From Myxococcota bacterium (GTDB taxonomy: Bacteria > Myxococcota_A > Polyangia > Nannocystales > Nannocystaceae), in the NCBI GenBank assembly GCA_039028615.1, contig JBCCHT010000054.1, forward strand, positions 1 to 64,000: DNA of 64,000 nucleotides, written 5' to 3'. Below the pieces are notes generated by a model that worked only from the letters and a program-made list of their open reading frames with translations, had not been told where the DNA came from and did no database searches. A program made the position numbers and the translations under genes. Of the stretch, positions 41,601-50,027 are shown in pieces (the stretch's first letter is position 1; each line of letters starts with the position of its first letter).

Positions 41601-43120
41601 GCCAACACCTCGGGCGACGCCTCGGTCACCGTGCCCACGTACTGCTCGAGCACGGGGCCGATGGCGTGGTAGTCCGCCGTCGTCAGCTGGTCGATGTCGG
41701 ACAGCAACGACGGATGAAAATGCCGCGTGCGACCGGCGAGCACGATCCCGCCCTGCCCGGGCCACGGCAACACCTCGTCGCACGCCTCGCCGACGCGCCC
41801 TCGCTCGCGACAGATCCCCTCCCATGCCTGCTGCCACTGCCGCGACGTGCCGAAGTGCTCGCGGGCCCACTGGCGCGCCGCGTCGGACACCTCTTCGTCG
41901 AAGATCGTCGCCCACTGCATCTTCCGCATCACGGGGCTCTGCCGCTGCTCGGCGAGGCGACGACGAGCGTCCGTCACCAGCCCCTGGAGGGCGGGGTAGT
42001 CGGGCTGGGCGAACACCAGCAGCCAATGGTCCACGCTGACCGAAGCGACCTGCTGCTCGGCGTGCCAGTGCTCGAACTCGGCCGTCGCCCCGCGCCGCAC
42101 GGCGCTCATCGCCACCAGCTGATCGCGAACCCGGGCCACCTCGGCATCGCCCGCCGCGGACAGCGGCTCCAGCACGGCCAGCGCATCGCCCACGAGCCCG
42201 GCGCGGACCCACTCGGACGCCAGCGCCAGGCGAAGCGCGTGCGACTTGGGCTTTGCGCGCAGGCGCACGCTCAGCCGAGCCATGCGCGACTGATTGACGT
42301 AGGTCTGCGCCAGATCGACGGTGAACAGATCTTCGAAGAGCAAAGGATCGTCGGACAGGGTGCCCGCCGCCCGCTCGTCGACCGCGAGCGCGACGATGGC
42401 CGCCCCCAGATGCCACGGGTCGGCCTCGAGCACCGCCGCGCTGCGATGACGCAGCTCCTCGGGCGCCGCACCGTGCTCGACCGCGTGCCGCAGCGCGCCG
42501 ACGTGGACCTGGGGAAACCGTGGATCGGGCGGCAGTGCGTCCAGGCCCAGCTCCATCGCCCCGTCGGGCACCAACGGCCAAAAGCTGGCGATGGCCTGGC
42601 GCGCCGCGAGGTCGTCCCCGACCTGCTCGAGCAGCCGCGCGTAGTCCCACGTCATGGGACCGTCGTCCATGTCTGTGAGCGCCCGGCGAAGCGCCCGCTG
42701 GTGCCGCTGCGGGTTGGGGTGCGCCATGATCCCGCGGACCATCAGCTCGGGGTCGTCGGCTCGCTTGGCCCAGCGCATCGCATCCTTGGCGGCACGGGTC
42801 AGCTCGCGTCGTGACTGCTTCTGCGCCTCGGCGTCGCCGTACAGCCGGCTGAACCACCACGCCGACTCCGCCCGCCGCAGGTGCAGGGCCATCGCCTCCG
42901 CCGCCCGGTAGGGACGGCCCAGGTCCCACTCGGCCCGCGCCAGCGCCCGCGCATGCTCGAGCGGATCGTCGTCGGCGTCGGGCACCTGGAGCGCGGCCCG
43001 AGCCTCGAGCTGACCCGATCGCAGAGGCGTGAGCGCGCCCTGCCGAGCCGACGCACACCCCACCGCAATGAAGGGCAGGGCCAAGAAGATCACCAAGGCA
43101 AATCGAAACGAGCGAAGCAT
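35699..43120 (-). CDS. Giant (2473 aa) lipoprotein with TPR/HEAT-like solenoid and C-terminal transglutaminase domain
   Basis: Lipobox IAVGC; long Ala/Leu/Arg helical repeats; C-terminal GDCTEYA, AHAW and IDPTW triad. Confidence 0.85.
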   Translation of the reverse strand: MLRSFRFALVIFLALPFIAVGCASARQGALTPLRSGQLEARAALQVPDADDDPLEHARALARAEWDLGRPYRAAEAMALHLRRAESAWWFSRLYGDAEAQKQSRRELTRAAKDAMRWAKRADDPELMVRGIMAHPNPQRHQRALRRALTDMDDGPMTWDYARLLEQVGDDLAARQAIASFWPLVPDGAMELGLDALPPDPRFPQVHVGALRHAVEHGAAPEELRHRSAAVLEADPWHLGAAIVALAVDERAAGTLSDDPLLFEDLFTVDLAQTYVNQSRMARLSVRLRAKPKSHALRLALASEWVRAGLVGDALAVLEPLSAAGDAEVARVRDQLVAMSAVRRGATAEFEHWHAEQQVASVSVDHWLLVFAQPDYPALQGLVTDARRRLAEQRQSPVMRKMQWATIFDEEVSDAARQWAREHFGTSRQWQQAWEGICRERGRVGEACDEVLPWPGQGGIVLAGRTRHFHPSLLSDIDQLTTADYHAIGPVLEQYVGTVTEASPEVLAALFRFRLAQGRYDDARSLLETSGELMAPSERTWAWLVIDDVESGSVTFDEANRWYAPVFTHDPDAPENTEDDEPPVSRLEHYVWGMTAGRRAQHQRALEWLMPLLDELPDEVMVDGLAQAALAAHLAGDPRLEALQQRLLAVDRHGASLALLQARIARDAGLPEVERGFLTHGLRWSPDDTTLYRELLATFAREGAPPPEAAMAFIAERAPPYDYLHEDLRRGVRDGTLSSFAAVQQALRGINGTEQDAWQVGASMLRQFPNLASRAVAWGEKNIREAESLEEAKQWAVATFELQQTAGVRHRWALRRQLWAALVADRSLSGLALARQRDPERRYRPLSDGDSLVLLLRARQAGEIDDQLAWDLWRWANDNDAPDADARVVAIIAEPPAGTLLQIFACNELTAADDEGPAYDACEKAFASHPSSASVAVNQIYLGLNDDDEAAGDRRLRAAVASGAHRASFIDEPEMALTSTLSQPWHHNYAVWLGRQGRHEESADHWLQAFAFGLNEDAGRFHAVEQVTWRGAHIRGLQTHATQNLRVRQQRRSWYALLEGRPTMARHYAEAARTMIDEEEGASNRAQLIEADERYHRARWAEADLHAGRITTEGIAQVAALFDSNDPTAAKRLHGEFPESSLVALARIQVYRELGENHRALPIAGGLAEGSTDPLAAATVIPLLADAERLDEAKAMFEAADAANPGDDLLRYVDASEFVTGARTEIPAWTRDPARYDARVAQVTSAQIAAFAPMRVTAEDRAAEIFVPGSWKPSDISPLRYRDGEGGRVLVLTNPRDSRCQGEICAADLLEQLAGSGRTLQWMRETTLVGLPATQAMFTSPEEVLVAWVLPSGGRVFTLVMAATPAQFDRLRPVLAMFRDGFRPLDGVRSAFAARSLRTAGAKLVDGWRLRARREQATVREPGVCPVPETLAALKHDHQRAELLIDLWLGMPDADARLALLECTGPREAASRRLALVALLDEDPRAHEFGVQAVQTHASRADADVRTLLSTPAKHAIAAPDYLIHTDKPPRGLVEVLGALPLSHGRTLAARLLASKDARDRRLAWAGVRLRPELATDEVLEVAMAEGSELVAEAASVMAGWGRTNDRLRLRRYLESAPSPSTARARRDMRSVAVALAWFMDADDQPLLLALPGRVEDDDDVELLETFRETLQGIAADHDQATKVQAGVDVAEPSDRALRWVSRNELYGFERREEAELREAELAELLPGEDWIFARLAAPGLFASTVADVAGRLTSENEAVDQRISDLTAMGLRAGGFAALSQTGGLDVSEPIECARAAKGGGWVCSARVTDRDALLTVLGQRKYDEDAGVSLPLTLATTAGIVPVVMSVLPAVLHFVVYPDEDDEDESDEGDDDDDEPGHFIASLGVEDDDEAEVVAPNAIERTRRTIERNGMPIEVYSIVDGKTSRIGIDSERYLFTGDRLWVFATDRDMRRVLRRVPGPALADSPEFQRLTAKWKEGAALQAVAVGDAWSLAPGGASIEVVLDESGLHFRYAAALEEATGVNDIGPALSQLPPGALTTVAHGLGRFSETAIEVDPLKATGSDATRVPPLPLFAQARGVAFGWYLEDGDHLWRRWVGVTPLDAPLRKALRKAKTPPGKSEARRHGGLCYRERADFLFVGDCTLVDQAANGPPPPAASREQLRVGYGSFDGAAIAERLPGLAGLPLEEKMVMRGVAPIFNIFTELEVEADWILATGLAVIEGHVGVRLREAGDHSRVIDDWLATKEVRNAASLPRRVRFEELEGKLRYTFEVPDAEAFARGTLVDSPRTAVEVLGPTRVRLTVEPVAASAAPVPLGKDELARLTKATDEYSSEDARIVELARSIVPEGTSAVDAAELVSQWVHERISYEVTPRVLSGVEILEAGRGDCTEYAGLTVTLLRALDIPAEMRSGMAASDDEMVAHAWVGFHDGVTWHEIDPTWGRKTATSGHLEMSVLDALALISLGKLEVVEIAAP

Positions 43121-43266
43121 CGAGGGGGGGTCCAGTTATCGCATTCGTGCCGTGGGGGCGCACGTGGTCCGAATGAGGCCCACCGGTCGGCACGGCCGGT
43201 CGAGGGGAAGCCCTCCCCACCCATAGGCCCCGAGCCCTTCAAATTGGACACCATCGTTTCGGTAGA

Positions 43267-45336
43267 GTGCACCGAGTCATCCCGTTGACCGCTCGGCCCC
43301 AGCTCCATCCTCGCGCCCGACGGTGCATCGTCTTGCGCGGTGCCAGGTCGGACACGAAACAGGCGGCCGAAGCCGTGCTTGCCGACCTCGATCCCGCCCG
43401 CGTCGTGTGGATTGGCCTCAACGACGAGAGTGCCCCTGCGCCGACCCACGAGCCCCGCCGCGTTCGCACGCTGCTCGGCCAGTCCTTCGATGCCGTGGTG
43501 CTGGATGGACACGACGGCCTGGACCCCGACGTGCTCGGCCAGTGCCAGGGCTTGGTGTGGGGCGGCGGCGGGCTCGTGCTGCGCCTGCCTCCCGCCACCG
43601 AGCTCCCCCGACCACAGACCCGCGCCCACCTGGCCGCTCACCCCTACCGAGCCGCGGACGTCGGCGTTCGGTTTCATCATCTCGTCGAGCGAGCCCTGCA
43701 GCGAGCCCCCACGGCCGAAGTCGTCACCGTACCGTCCTCACCCCCGCCCGAGCCCTTGGGCCCTCCACCGCGGCACATCGAAGGCACCGACGATCAGCGT
43801 CGCGTCGTCGATGCCCTGCACCACGCCTGGTCGTCCCCCGAGCCCACCCGCACCGTAGTGCTGGCCGACCGTGGCCGCGGCAAGTCCAGCGCCCTGGGAC
43901 TCGCCCTCGCCAGCCTCGCCGACTACCCCCAGCGCACCATCGCCGTCACCGCAGCCCACCCCGACGCCGCGGCCGAAGTCTTCCGCTTCGCCCCCGACAC
44001 CCACGCCCAGTTCGTCCCTCTGTCCAAACTCGTCGGTGGCGACGTCTCCCCCGATCTCATCGTGGTGGACGAGGCCGCGCAGCTCCCCGTCCCCATGCTG
44101 CGGCGCCTGGTCGAAGTGCACCCGCGAGCCCACCTCGCCTTTGCCACCACCACCCACGGCTACGAAGGCACTGGCCGCGGCTTCGTGCTCCGCTTCCTGA
44201 CCTGGCTCGAGACCCGCGAGCCCCCCGTCCAACGCCTCTCGCTCCGCACCCCCATTCGCTGGAGCGACGACGACCCCCTCGAGCGCCTCGTCTTCGACGC
44301 CCTGCTGCTCGATGCCGACCTCGCCCCCTTGCCCGCCGACCTGCTCCGGGCCCCCGACGCCGAGCTACGAACCGAACGACTCGACCGCAACGCCCTGCTC
44401 ACCGACGAACCGAGCCTCCGCGAACTCTTCGGCCTCCTCGTCCACGCCCACTATCGAACCACCCCCACCGACCTCCACCGCCTGCTCGACGCCCCCAACC
44501 TCGCCGTGCACGTCGTGCGCTGGCGCGACCACATCGTCGCCGCCACCATCGTCGCCGAAGAGGGCGCCCTGTCCCCCGCGCAATGCCAATCCATGGCCCG
44601 CGGCCAGATCCGCATCCGGGCCCACGCCTTGCCCGACGCCCTCGTCGCCCACCTCGGCCACCCCGAAGCCGGCGAGCTGCCCATGCTCCGCAGCGTCCGC
44701 ATCGCCACCCACCCCAAGCTACGACGCCAGCGACTCGCCACCCGCCTCGTCGAGCACGTCCACGCCCAGGCCACCCCCGCCCTGTTCGGCACCCTCTTCG
44801 GCGCCACCCCCTCGCTGCTCGCCTTCCGCCGCTCGCTCGGCTACCGACTCGTCCGCATCAGCGCCTCCCGAGGCGCCCGAACCGGCGAGCCCTCCGTCCT
44901 CATGCTCCGCCCCACCACCCCCCGAGCCGAGGCCCTCGTAAACACCCTCCGAGCCGAGCTCGCCCGCGACCTCCCCCGCCAGCTCGAGCTCATGCAAGCC
45001 GACCGAGAAACCCTCCTCGACCCCGCCCTCATCACCGCCCTCCACCACGACCTCCCCACCCCCGCCCCCTTGTCCCCCCAACAATGCGATGCCCTCGTCC
45101 GCACCTACGCCCCCGGCCCCCGCACCTTCGAATCCATCGCCCTCGCCCTCCAACAGTTCATCAAAGCCAACCCCCACCGCCTCACCCGCCTCCCCCCCTC
45201 CGACCAAGCCCTCATCCAATCCCGAGTCCTCGCCGCCCAAAGCTGGCACCACGCCACCCAATCCGCCGCCCTCCCCAGCATCCCCGCCGCCATGCGAGCC
45301 CTCCGCCGAGCCACCCGCCACCTCCTCGACCCCTAG
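43267..45336 (+). CDS. tmcA: tRNA(Met) cytidine acetyltransferase TmcA
   Basis: ADRGRGKSSALG, VDEAAQ, TTTHGYEGTGRGF, AHYRTTPTDL and GNAT SVRIATHP...RRQ motifs. Confidence 0.92.
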   Translation: MHRVIPLTARPQLHPRARRCIVLRGARSDTKQAAEAVLADLDPARVVWIGLNDESAPAPTHEPRRVRTLLGQSFDAVVLDGHDGLDPDVLGQCQGLVWGGGGLVLRLPPATELPRPQTRAHLAAHPYRAADVGVRFHHLVERALQRAPTAEVVTVPSSPPPEPLGPPPRHIEGTDDQRRVVDALHHAWSSPEPTRTVVLADRGRGKSSALGLALASLADYPQRTIAVTAAHPDAAAEVFRFAPDTHAQFVPLSKLVGGDVSPDLIVVDEAAQLPVPMLRRLVEVHPRAHLAFATTTHGYEGTGRGFVLRFLTWLETREPPVQRLSLRTPIRWSDDDPLERLVFDALLLDADLAPLPADLLRAPDAELRTERLDRNALLTDEPSLRELFGLLVHAHYRTTPTDLHRLLDAPNLAVHVVRWRDHIVAATIVAEEGALSPAQCQSMARGQIRIRAHALPDALVAHLGHPEAGELPMLRSVRIATHPKLRRQRLATRLVEHVHAQATPALFGTLFGATPSLLAFRRSLGYRLVRISASRGARTGEPSVLMLRPTTPRAEALVNTLRAELARDLPRQLELMQADRETLLDPALITALHHDLPTPAPLSPQQCDALVRTYAPGPRTFESIALALQQFIKANPHRLTRLPPSDQALIQSRVLAAQSWHHATQSAALPSIPAAMRALRRATRHLLDP

Positions 45337-45425
45337 GATCCCCTCCCCACAACGCCCAACCCAAGAGCGCCCACAAAAAACGGAGCTCCAACTCTCCCGT
45401 TAGCAACCCCCGGCAAACCTCAACC

Positions 45426-45871
45426 GAAAACGCCTGCCCGCAGCTCCCCCCATTGCCCTTCCCCAGATCGGACGGGCCCGCGCAGCACGGCAGGGGCCCA
45501 CTCGCGCGCAGCGGCGACTAATAGCCCCTACAAGCACCCAGCTCCAGCATCGCCGACGAGCACGAGTGGGAAGGAGGCCGAGCGTCAGCAGGCGCCCGTC
45601 CGTCCCCGCCCGAAGCTCATACAACCTCTCGACCCAGAGCCCACAACCAAAACCGCCCGCCCGCAGCTCCCCCCACTGCCCTTCCCCAGATCGGACGGGC
45701 CCGCGCAGCACGGCAGGGGCCCACTCGCGCGCAGCGGCGACTATGAGCCCCTACAAGCACCCAGCTACAACATCGCCGACGAGCACGAGTGGGAAGGAGG
45801 CCGAGCGTCAGCAGGCGCCCGTCCGTCCCCGCCCGAAGCTCATACAACCTCTCGACCCAGAGCCCACAACC
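45426..45871. repeat. Non-coding tandem duplication, 2 x 223 bp, each with a ~134-nt imperfect hairpin
   Basis: Copies 45426-45648 and 45649-45871 differ at 8 positions; period not a multiple of 3; nested inverted repeats CGGACGGGC/GCCCGTCCG, CCCACTCG/CGAGTGGG, CGGCGA/TCGCCG. Confidence 0.9.
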
Positions 45872-46002
45872 TAATGCACCACCCACCCAAAGCTCATAAC
45901 CCAAACGACGAAACCATCTCCCCGAGAACCCCACCCAACCAAAAGAGAAGCCGACCGCCCAAAGACGCCCGGCCCCCTTTCAGTCAACCCCGAGCCCCGC
46001 CC

Positions 46003-46995
46003 TCACTGCTCCACACACATAAAGTAGAGCCCAAACCAATTCGCCCCACAACTCCGCGTATTGAGCTCGAGAAAATCCTCGACCCCCGTCCCCCGACCAT
46101 ACGTCGCCGTAGCCCCCGAACTCGCCGAACTCCACCCAATACAAATGTTGTCCCCCAAGTTCGTCCAATCATCCGCCATCCCAGTAATCGTATCGAGGAT
46201 CGGACAAGTCATCCCACACACCATGTCCTCGACCGGATTCTCCAACGGCATCGGCGCCCCCGCCCGAACCCCGAGCAGCGCCGTCCCATCGGTGATCCAC
46301 ACGATCTCCCCGTCGTCGTTCGTATAGGCGGTGTACGGCTGCAAGACCCAGTCGTTCTGCCCATCACCCACCCACGGCGTCAACGAAGCCCGCCGCACGC
46401 TCGCGAACGAGAACATCGCCGCATACCCATCCGGGCAGGTGCTATCGGCATACGCGACCGGGTCGGTCCCGAAGTTCCCGTTCGGCAACGCATTGCCGAA
46501 GGTGATGTGCCGCTCTTCGATGACCCCCGAGCAGTCCGGCGCACACGCCCCCAGCGCGAGGGCATTGGCATTCCCTTCGTCGCAGCCCTCGGCCGGCCCC
46601 GGGTCCCCGTCGCCGCACACGTTGAGCTCACAGTTCGCGTTACAGGCCTGGCCGGGCCCGTTGTTCTCGCCGTCGTCGCAGATCTCCTGGAGCTCGGCAT
46701 CGATGACACCGTCGCCACAGAAGGGATCCGGCTCACCCGTGCTCGTGTCGGCGCTCGACGTCTCGATGTCGCCCGTGGGCTCGCCCGAGGTCTGCGAGCC
46801 CGTGCCCGGCTCGCCGCCCGTGGTCGGCCCCGGAGGCGTGGCATCGGTGGCAACGGGGTCGGCCGAGTCGCTGCTTCCCCCGGTACCGCTACTCGCCGCT
46901 ACGTCGGTCTCTCCCTCCGCATCGTCGGGGTTGAAGCACGCCGCAGGCGCGAGAGACAGAGCAACAAGGGCGGTACGACGTAGGGAAGTAAGCAT
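46003..46995 (-). CDS. Lipoprotein with Cys-rich repeats and a DUF1554 (Leptospira Len/endostatin-like) domain
   Basis: APAAC lipobox, Thr/Gly linker, two CGDG repeats, then ADSTC...RRAS...GDGQNDWVLQP.TAY...MCVEQ. Confidence 0.75.
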   Translation of the reverse strand: MLTSLRRTALVALSLAPAACFNPDDAEGETDVAASSGTGGSSDSADPVATDATPPGPTTGGEPGTGSQTSGEPTGDIETSSADTSTGEPDPFCGDGVIDAELQEICDDGENNGPGQACNANCELNVCGDGDPGPAEGCDEGNANALALGACAPDCSGVIEERHITFGNALPNGNFGTDPVAYADSTCPDGYAAMFSFASVRRASLTPWVGDGQNDWVLQPYTAYTNDDGEIVWITDGTALLGVRAGAPMPLENPVEDMVCGMTCPILDTITGMADDWTNLGDNICIGWSSASSGATATYGRGTGVEDFLELNTRSCGANWFGLYFMCVEQ

Positions 46996-47623
46996 GAGAA
47001 CGAATACGGAGTAGCACGAGCCCGACCACCGCTCTAGTACGATCGTGCTACGAACCGTCCCCCAATACACGGGATGTCTCACCGACGGCGCATGCGGTCA
47101 TCGAGACTCCCACGGCCCACCAAACAGCGATCGAAGGACACGCAGGACACGAACACGGATCGATGACCGACATGGTCAATTCATGCGCAAACGATGCCCC
47201 ATGGCCGTTTGACGCCGACGCCTCCACTCGCGATCGCGCACCGTCTGCCCGGCCCGCGCACACGTCGTCACGCCCTTCGAAACGCGAGCGCGACCGCCCG
47301 ACGACTTCGAATGGCCGCGGTGTTTCGACGCGAACGATCGAGGCATTCTGCCGCGCCCGAACACGAACCGCCGTCGGTCTCCGTGCAGTGTCACAGTGCA
47401 GGTGAAGCCGAGCGATCCAACTCGACCGAGCGATGCCGCTCGACTCCACGCCAACGACGACGCACCTCGGAGCTTTGCTCCATTGTCTCCACGAAGGCTC
47501 GCCCCGCGGCTGAACGAACAAAACGCCAGACCGCGACACCTATGAGACGCCGCGGGGCGCCCATGCACGAAATCCACGTCGCATCGATTGACGATCACCA
47601 GCCCGCCGTGAAACGGTCGCACG

Positions 47624-48166
47624 GTGTTTGGCTTGATTGTTTGGATGACGGCAGTGGCGATGAACGTCTCGGCGCCGTCGAAGTGCGAAGTGGAGGTGGC
47701 CGGGATGCCGGTGTCCGTCATGGGCCACCACGACCTGATGGCGGGCTACCATCAATACCCGGTCGAACGACGCGTCCAGGTGGAGTTGGATTCGGACGCA
47801 AAGTGGCTGCGGGTGAGAGGGCCTCGTTACGCGGGCTCGCGACGGGTCGAGCCGGGCGAGTGCCGCCCGGGGGCAGTGCTGCGCGTGGACGTGAAGCCCA
47901 AGCCCGCTCGCATCGACTTCCCGTGTGCGCCCCCCGATCTCACCGTCGCGTGCACCCACTGTCCCGGGCTGTCGGAGCCGCGCATCTTCACGGCCAAGGA
48001 CTTTCCTCCGCTGCGGATGTCGTCGTTCAGCGAGACGGTGGAGGTGGTGTTCCGTGCCCCCGGCTACCGCAAACAAACCCGAACCTTCCGCGTGCATCCG
48101 GGGCACAACAAAGTCGAGGTCTCGCTCGAGCCCCTGCCCGGCACGGAACCCACGCACGGGCACTAG
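47624..48166 (+). CDS. Hypothetical secreted beta-rich protein (PEGA-like C-terminus)
   Basis: Hydrophobic N-terminus; VVFRAPGYRKQTRTFRVHPG..VEVSLEP resembles PEGA; start uncertain. Confidence 0.55.
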   Translation: MFGLIVWMTAVAMNVSAPSKCEVEVAGMPVSVMGHHDLMAGYHQYPVERRVQVELDSDAKWLRVRGPRYAGSRRVEPGECRPGAVLRVDVKPKPARIDFPCAPPDLTVACTHCPGLSEPRIFTAKDFPPLRMSSFSETVEVVFRAPGYRKQTRTFRVHPGHNKVEVSLEPLPGTEPTHGH

Positions 48167-48380
48167 CCGCCAGCCTGATGCGTACGTAGCGCGACGCCCG
48201 AATCGTTCGCGACGGAGACGCCCGCGAAGCGCCTGGGTGCGAGCGCCCGAACGCAGTCCACGACACGCCGAGCCACGCGTTGCCGTCTCGGCCCGTGGAC
48301 CCGTCATCGACCCGCGTCGCTGCCCGCCCAGTCCGGCTTGCTCCGAGCGGAATGAGGTCGTTAGGCTGGAGCCCATCGTG

Positions 48381-49925
48381 ATGGATCGAGCGTGGTGGGT
48401 CAGCGGGCTGTGGCTGGCGCTGGCAGTCGCAGGGGCGTGCAGCGATTCGACGCTGCCCACGAGTGGCAATGGCAGCAGCGAAGGCGGCTCGACCGACGCG
48501 GCGCCGCCCATCTCGGAGTCCACCGGGTCGACGGCACCGCATGGCGCCGACGAGACCAGCACGGGCGAGCCCCCGGTCCCCAGCGCCTGCACGGCCGGGG
48601 TGGCGATCGCTGGCGTCGAGCAGCCTCCTGGCGATCCAGCGGCCGGCTACGAGGCGCTGCTCACCGAGGGCTACGTCACCTGCGGAATTCCCTATCCCCT
48701 CTTCGGCCTGGCGGCGCCCCTGCTCGGAGGGTTCGGCACGGGGGAGCCGCTTCCCGGTCGCACGGGCCTCAACGCCGAGGTGCCCTACAACTGGACGGTC
48801 CACACCACGGACGCGGGTGCCGACATCGTCTCGCTCAATTGCCTCGAGTGTCACGCGGGCGAGTTCAACGGCGAGCTGATCGTGGGCCTGGGCAAGGCCG
48901 ACGCCGACTACACCGAGAACATCGCGGGGGCGCTGGCGCAGATCCCCATCGTCCCGATTCCCATCCCCGGCCTCGAAGAGCTCACCCGCATGGCGGCGCG
49001 CTACCAGGTGGTCGGCGACGACATCCGCATGCTCACCGTGGGCACCAACCCGGCCGACCGCCTGGCCGTCGTGCTGGGTTCGCATCGGGACGCCGAGACC
49101 CTGGCCTGGCAGGACGAGCCACATACCCCGGTCCCCCAGGTCGTGCTGCCGGTGGACACGCCGCCATGGTGGCACGTGAAAAAAAAGCACGGATTGTTCT
49201 TCAACGGCATGGCCCGAGGGGACCACCGCGCAACGATGCTTTTTGCCACGTCGCTGTGTACGGACACCGTCGAAGAGGCCTCCGAGATCCTCTCCTACTT
49301 CGACGACATTCGGGCCTATCTCGCCACGATCGAGGCCCCCAGCTACCCCTTCGAGATCGACGCGGCGCTGGCCGACCAAGGGCAAACCATCTTCGCCCGG
49401 GACTGTGCATGTTGCCACGGTACCTATGACGCAGATCCCGCGAGTGAGACCTATCCCAATCTTTTACTGCCGCTCGACGTGATCGGCACCGATCCTCTGC
49501 TAGCCCAAGAGTCGGACGTGCAACCCTTCGCCGATTGGTTCAACGACTCTTGGTACGGCCAAGTCGGCCAGCTGACCCCTGGCGAGCCCTTCCCCGGCTA
49601 CGTGGCCCCGCCGCTCGACGGCATCTGGGCCACCGCGCCGTACCTGCACAACGCGTCCGTACCCAACCTCGAGCTGGTGCTCGACAGCAGCCAACGTCCC
49701 CGGTACTGGCGCCGGGACGACTACGACAGCACCAACTTCGACCCCCACACCGTGGGCTGGCCCCATACCGAACTACCGTACGGCCAACGAGACGCCCCCG
49801 CCGACGTGCGCAAGCACGTCTACGACACCACCCGCCTGGGGCACTGGAACACGGGCCACACCTTCGGTGACCACCTCGACGACTCAGAGCGACGAGCCGT
49901 ACTCGAGTACCTCAAGACGCTCTGA
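48381..49925 (+). CDS. Di-heme cytochrome c lipoprotein, RoxA/cytochrome c peroxidase-like family
   Basis: VAGAC lipobox; CLECH and CACCH heme motifs; PPWW, YVAPPLDGIWATAPYLHNASVP, GHWNTGH and LEYLKTL. Confidence 0.85.
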   Translation: MDRAWWVSGLWLALAVAGACSDSTLPTSGNGSSEGGSTDAAPPISESTGSTAPHGADETSTGEPPVPSACTAGVAIAGVEQPPGDPAAGYEALLTEGYVTCGIPYPLFGLAAPLLGGFGTGEPLPGRTGLNAEVPYNWTVHTTDAGADIVSLNCLECHAGEFNGELIVGLGKADADYTENIAGALAQIPIVPIPIPGLEELTRMAARYQVVGDDIRMLTVGTNPADRLAVVLGSHRDAETLAWQDEPHTPVPQVVLPVDTPPWWHVKKKHGLFFNGMARGDHRATMLFATSLCTDTVEEASEILSYFDDIRAYLATIEAPSYPFEIDAALADQGQTIFARDCACCHGTYDADPASETYPNLLLPLDVIGTDPLLAQESDVQPFADWFNDSWYGQVGQLTPGEPFPGYVAPPLDGIWATAPYLHNASVPNLELVLDSSQRPRYWRRDDYDSTNFDPHTVGWPHTELPYGQRDAPADVRKHVYDTTRLGHWNTGHTFGDHLDDSERRAVLEYLKTL

Positions 49926-50027
49926 TGCGAGGCCGCCGCCCGGCCGCCTCGCTCGCTTCCCCCGAAAGACCGACAATTGAACGACGCCGCACTCGACGTG
50001 CACGCCACCGTGCCCGCTCACCTCCGT

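Noticed and set aside
38549..43220. 1421-aa (+) and 733-aa (-) ORFs
   Set aside because: Shadows of the 2473-aa gene, which carries the lipobox and catalytic motifs
43323..45521. 732-aa Pro/Arg-rich ORF overlapping tmcA
   Set aside because: Off-frame product of the C-rich skew; tmcA motifs are all in the 43267 frame
45400..45934. Short ORFs across the 223-bp repeat; also considered as CRISPR or a misassembly
   Set aside because: Period is not a multiple of 3, so frames differ between copies; no repeat-spacer pattern or cas genes; 8 differences between copies argue against a simple assembly duplication
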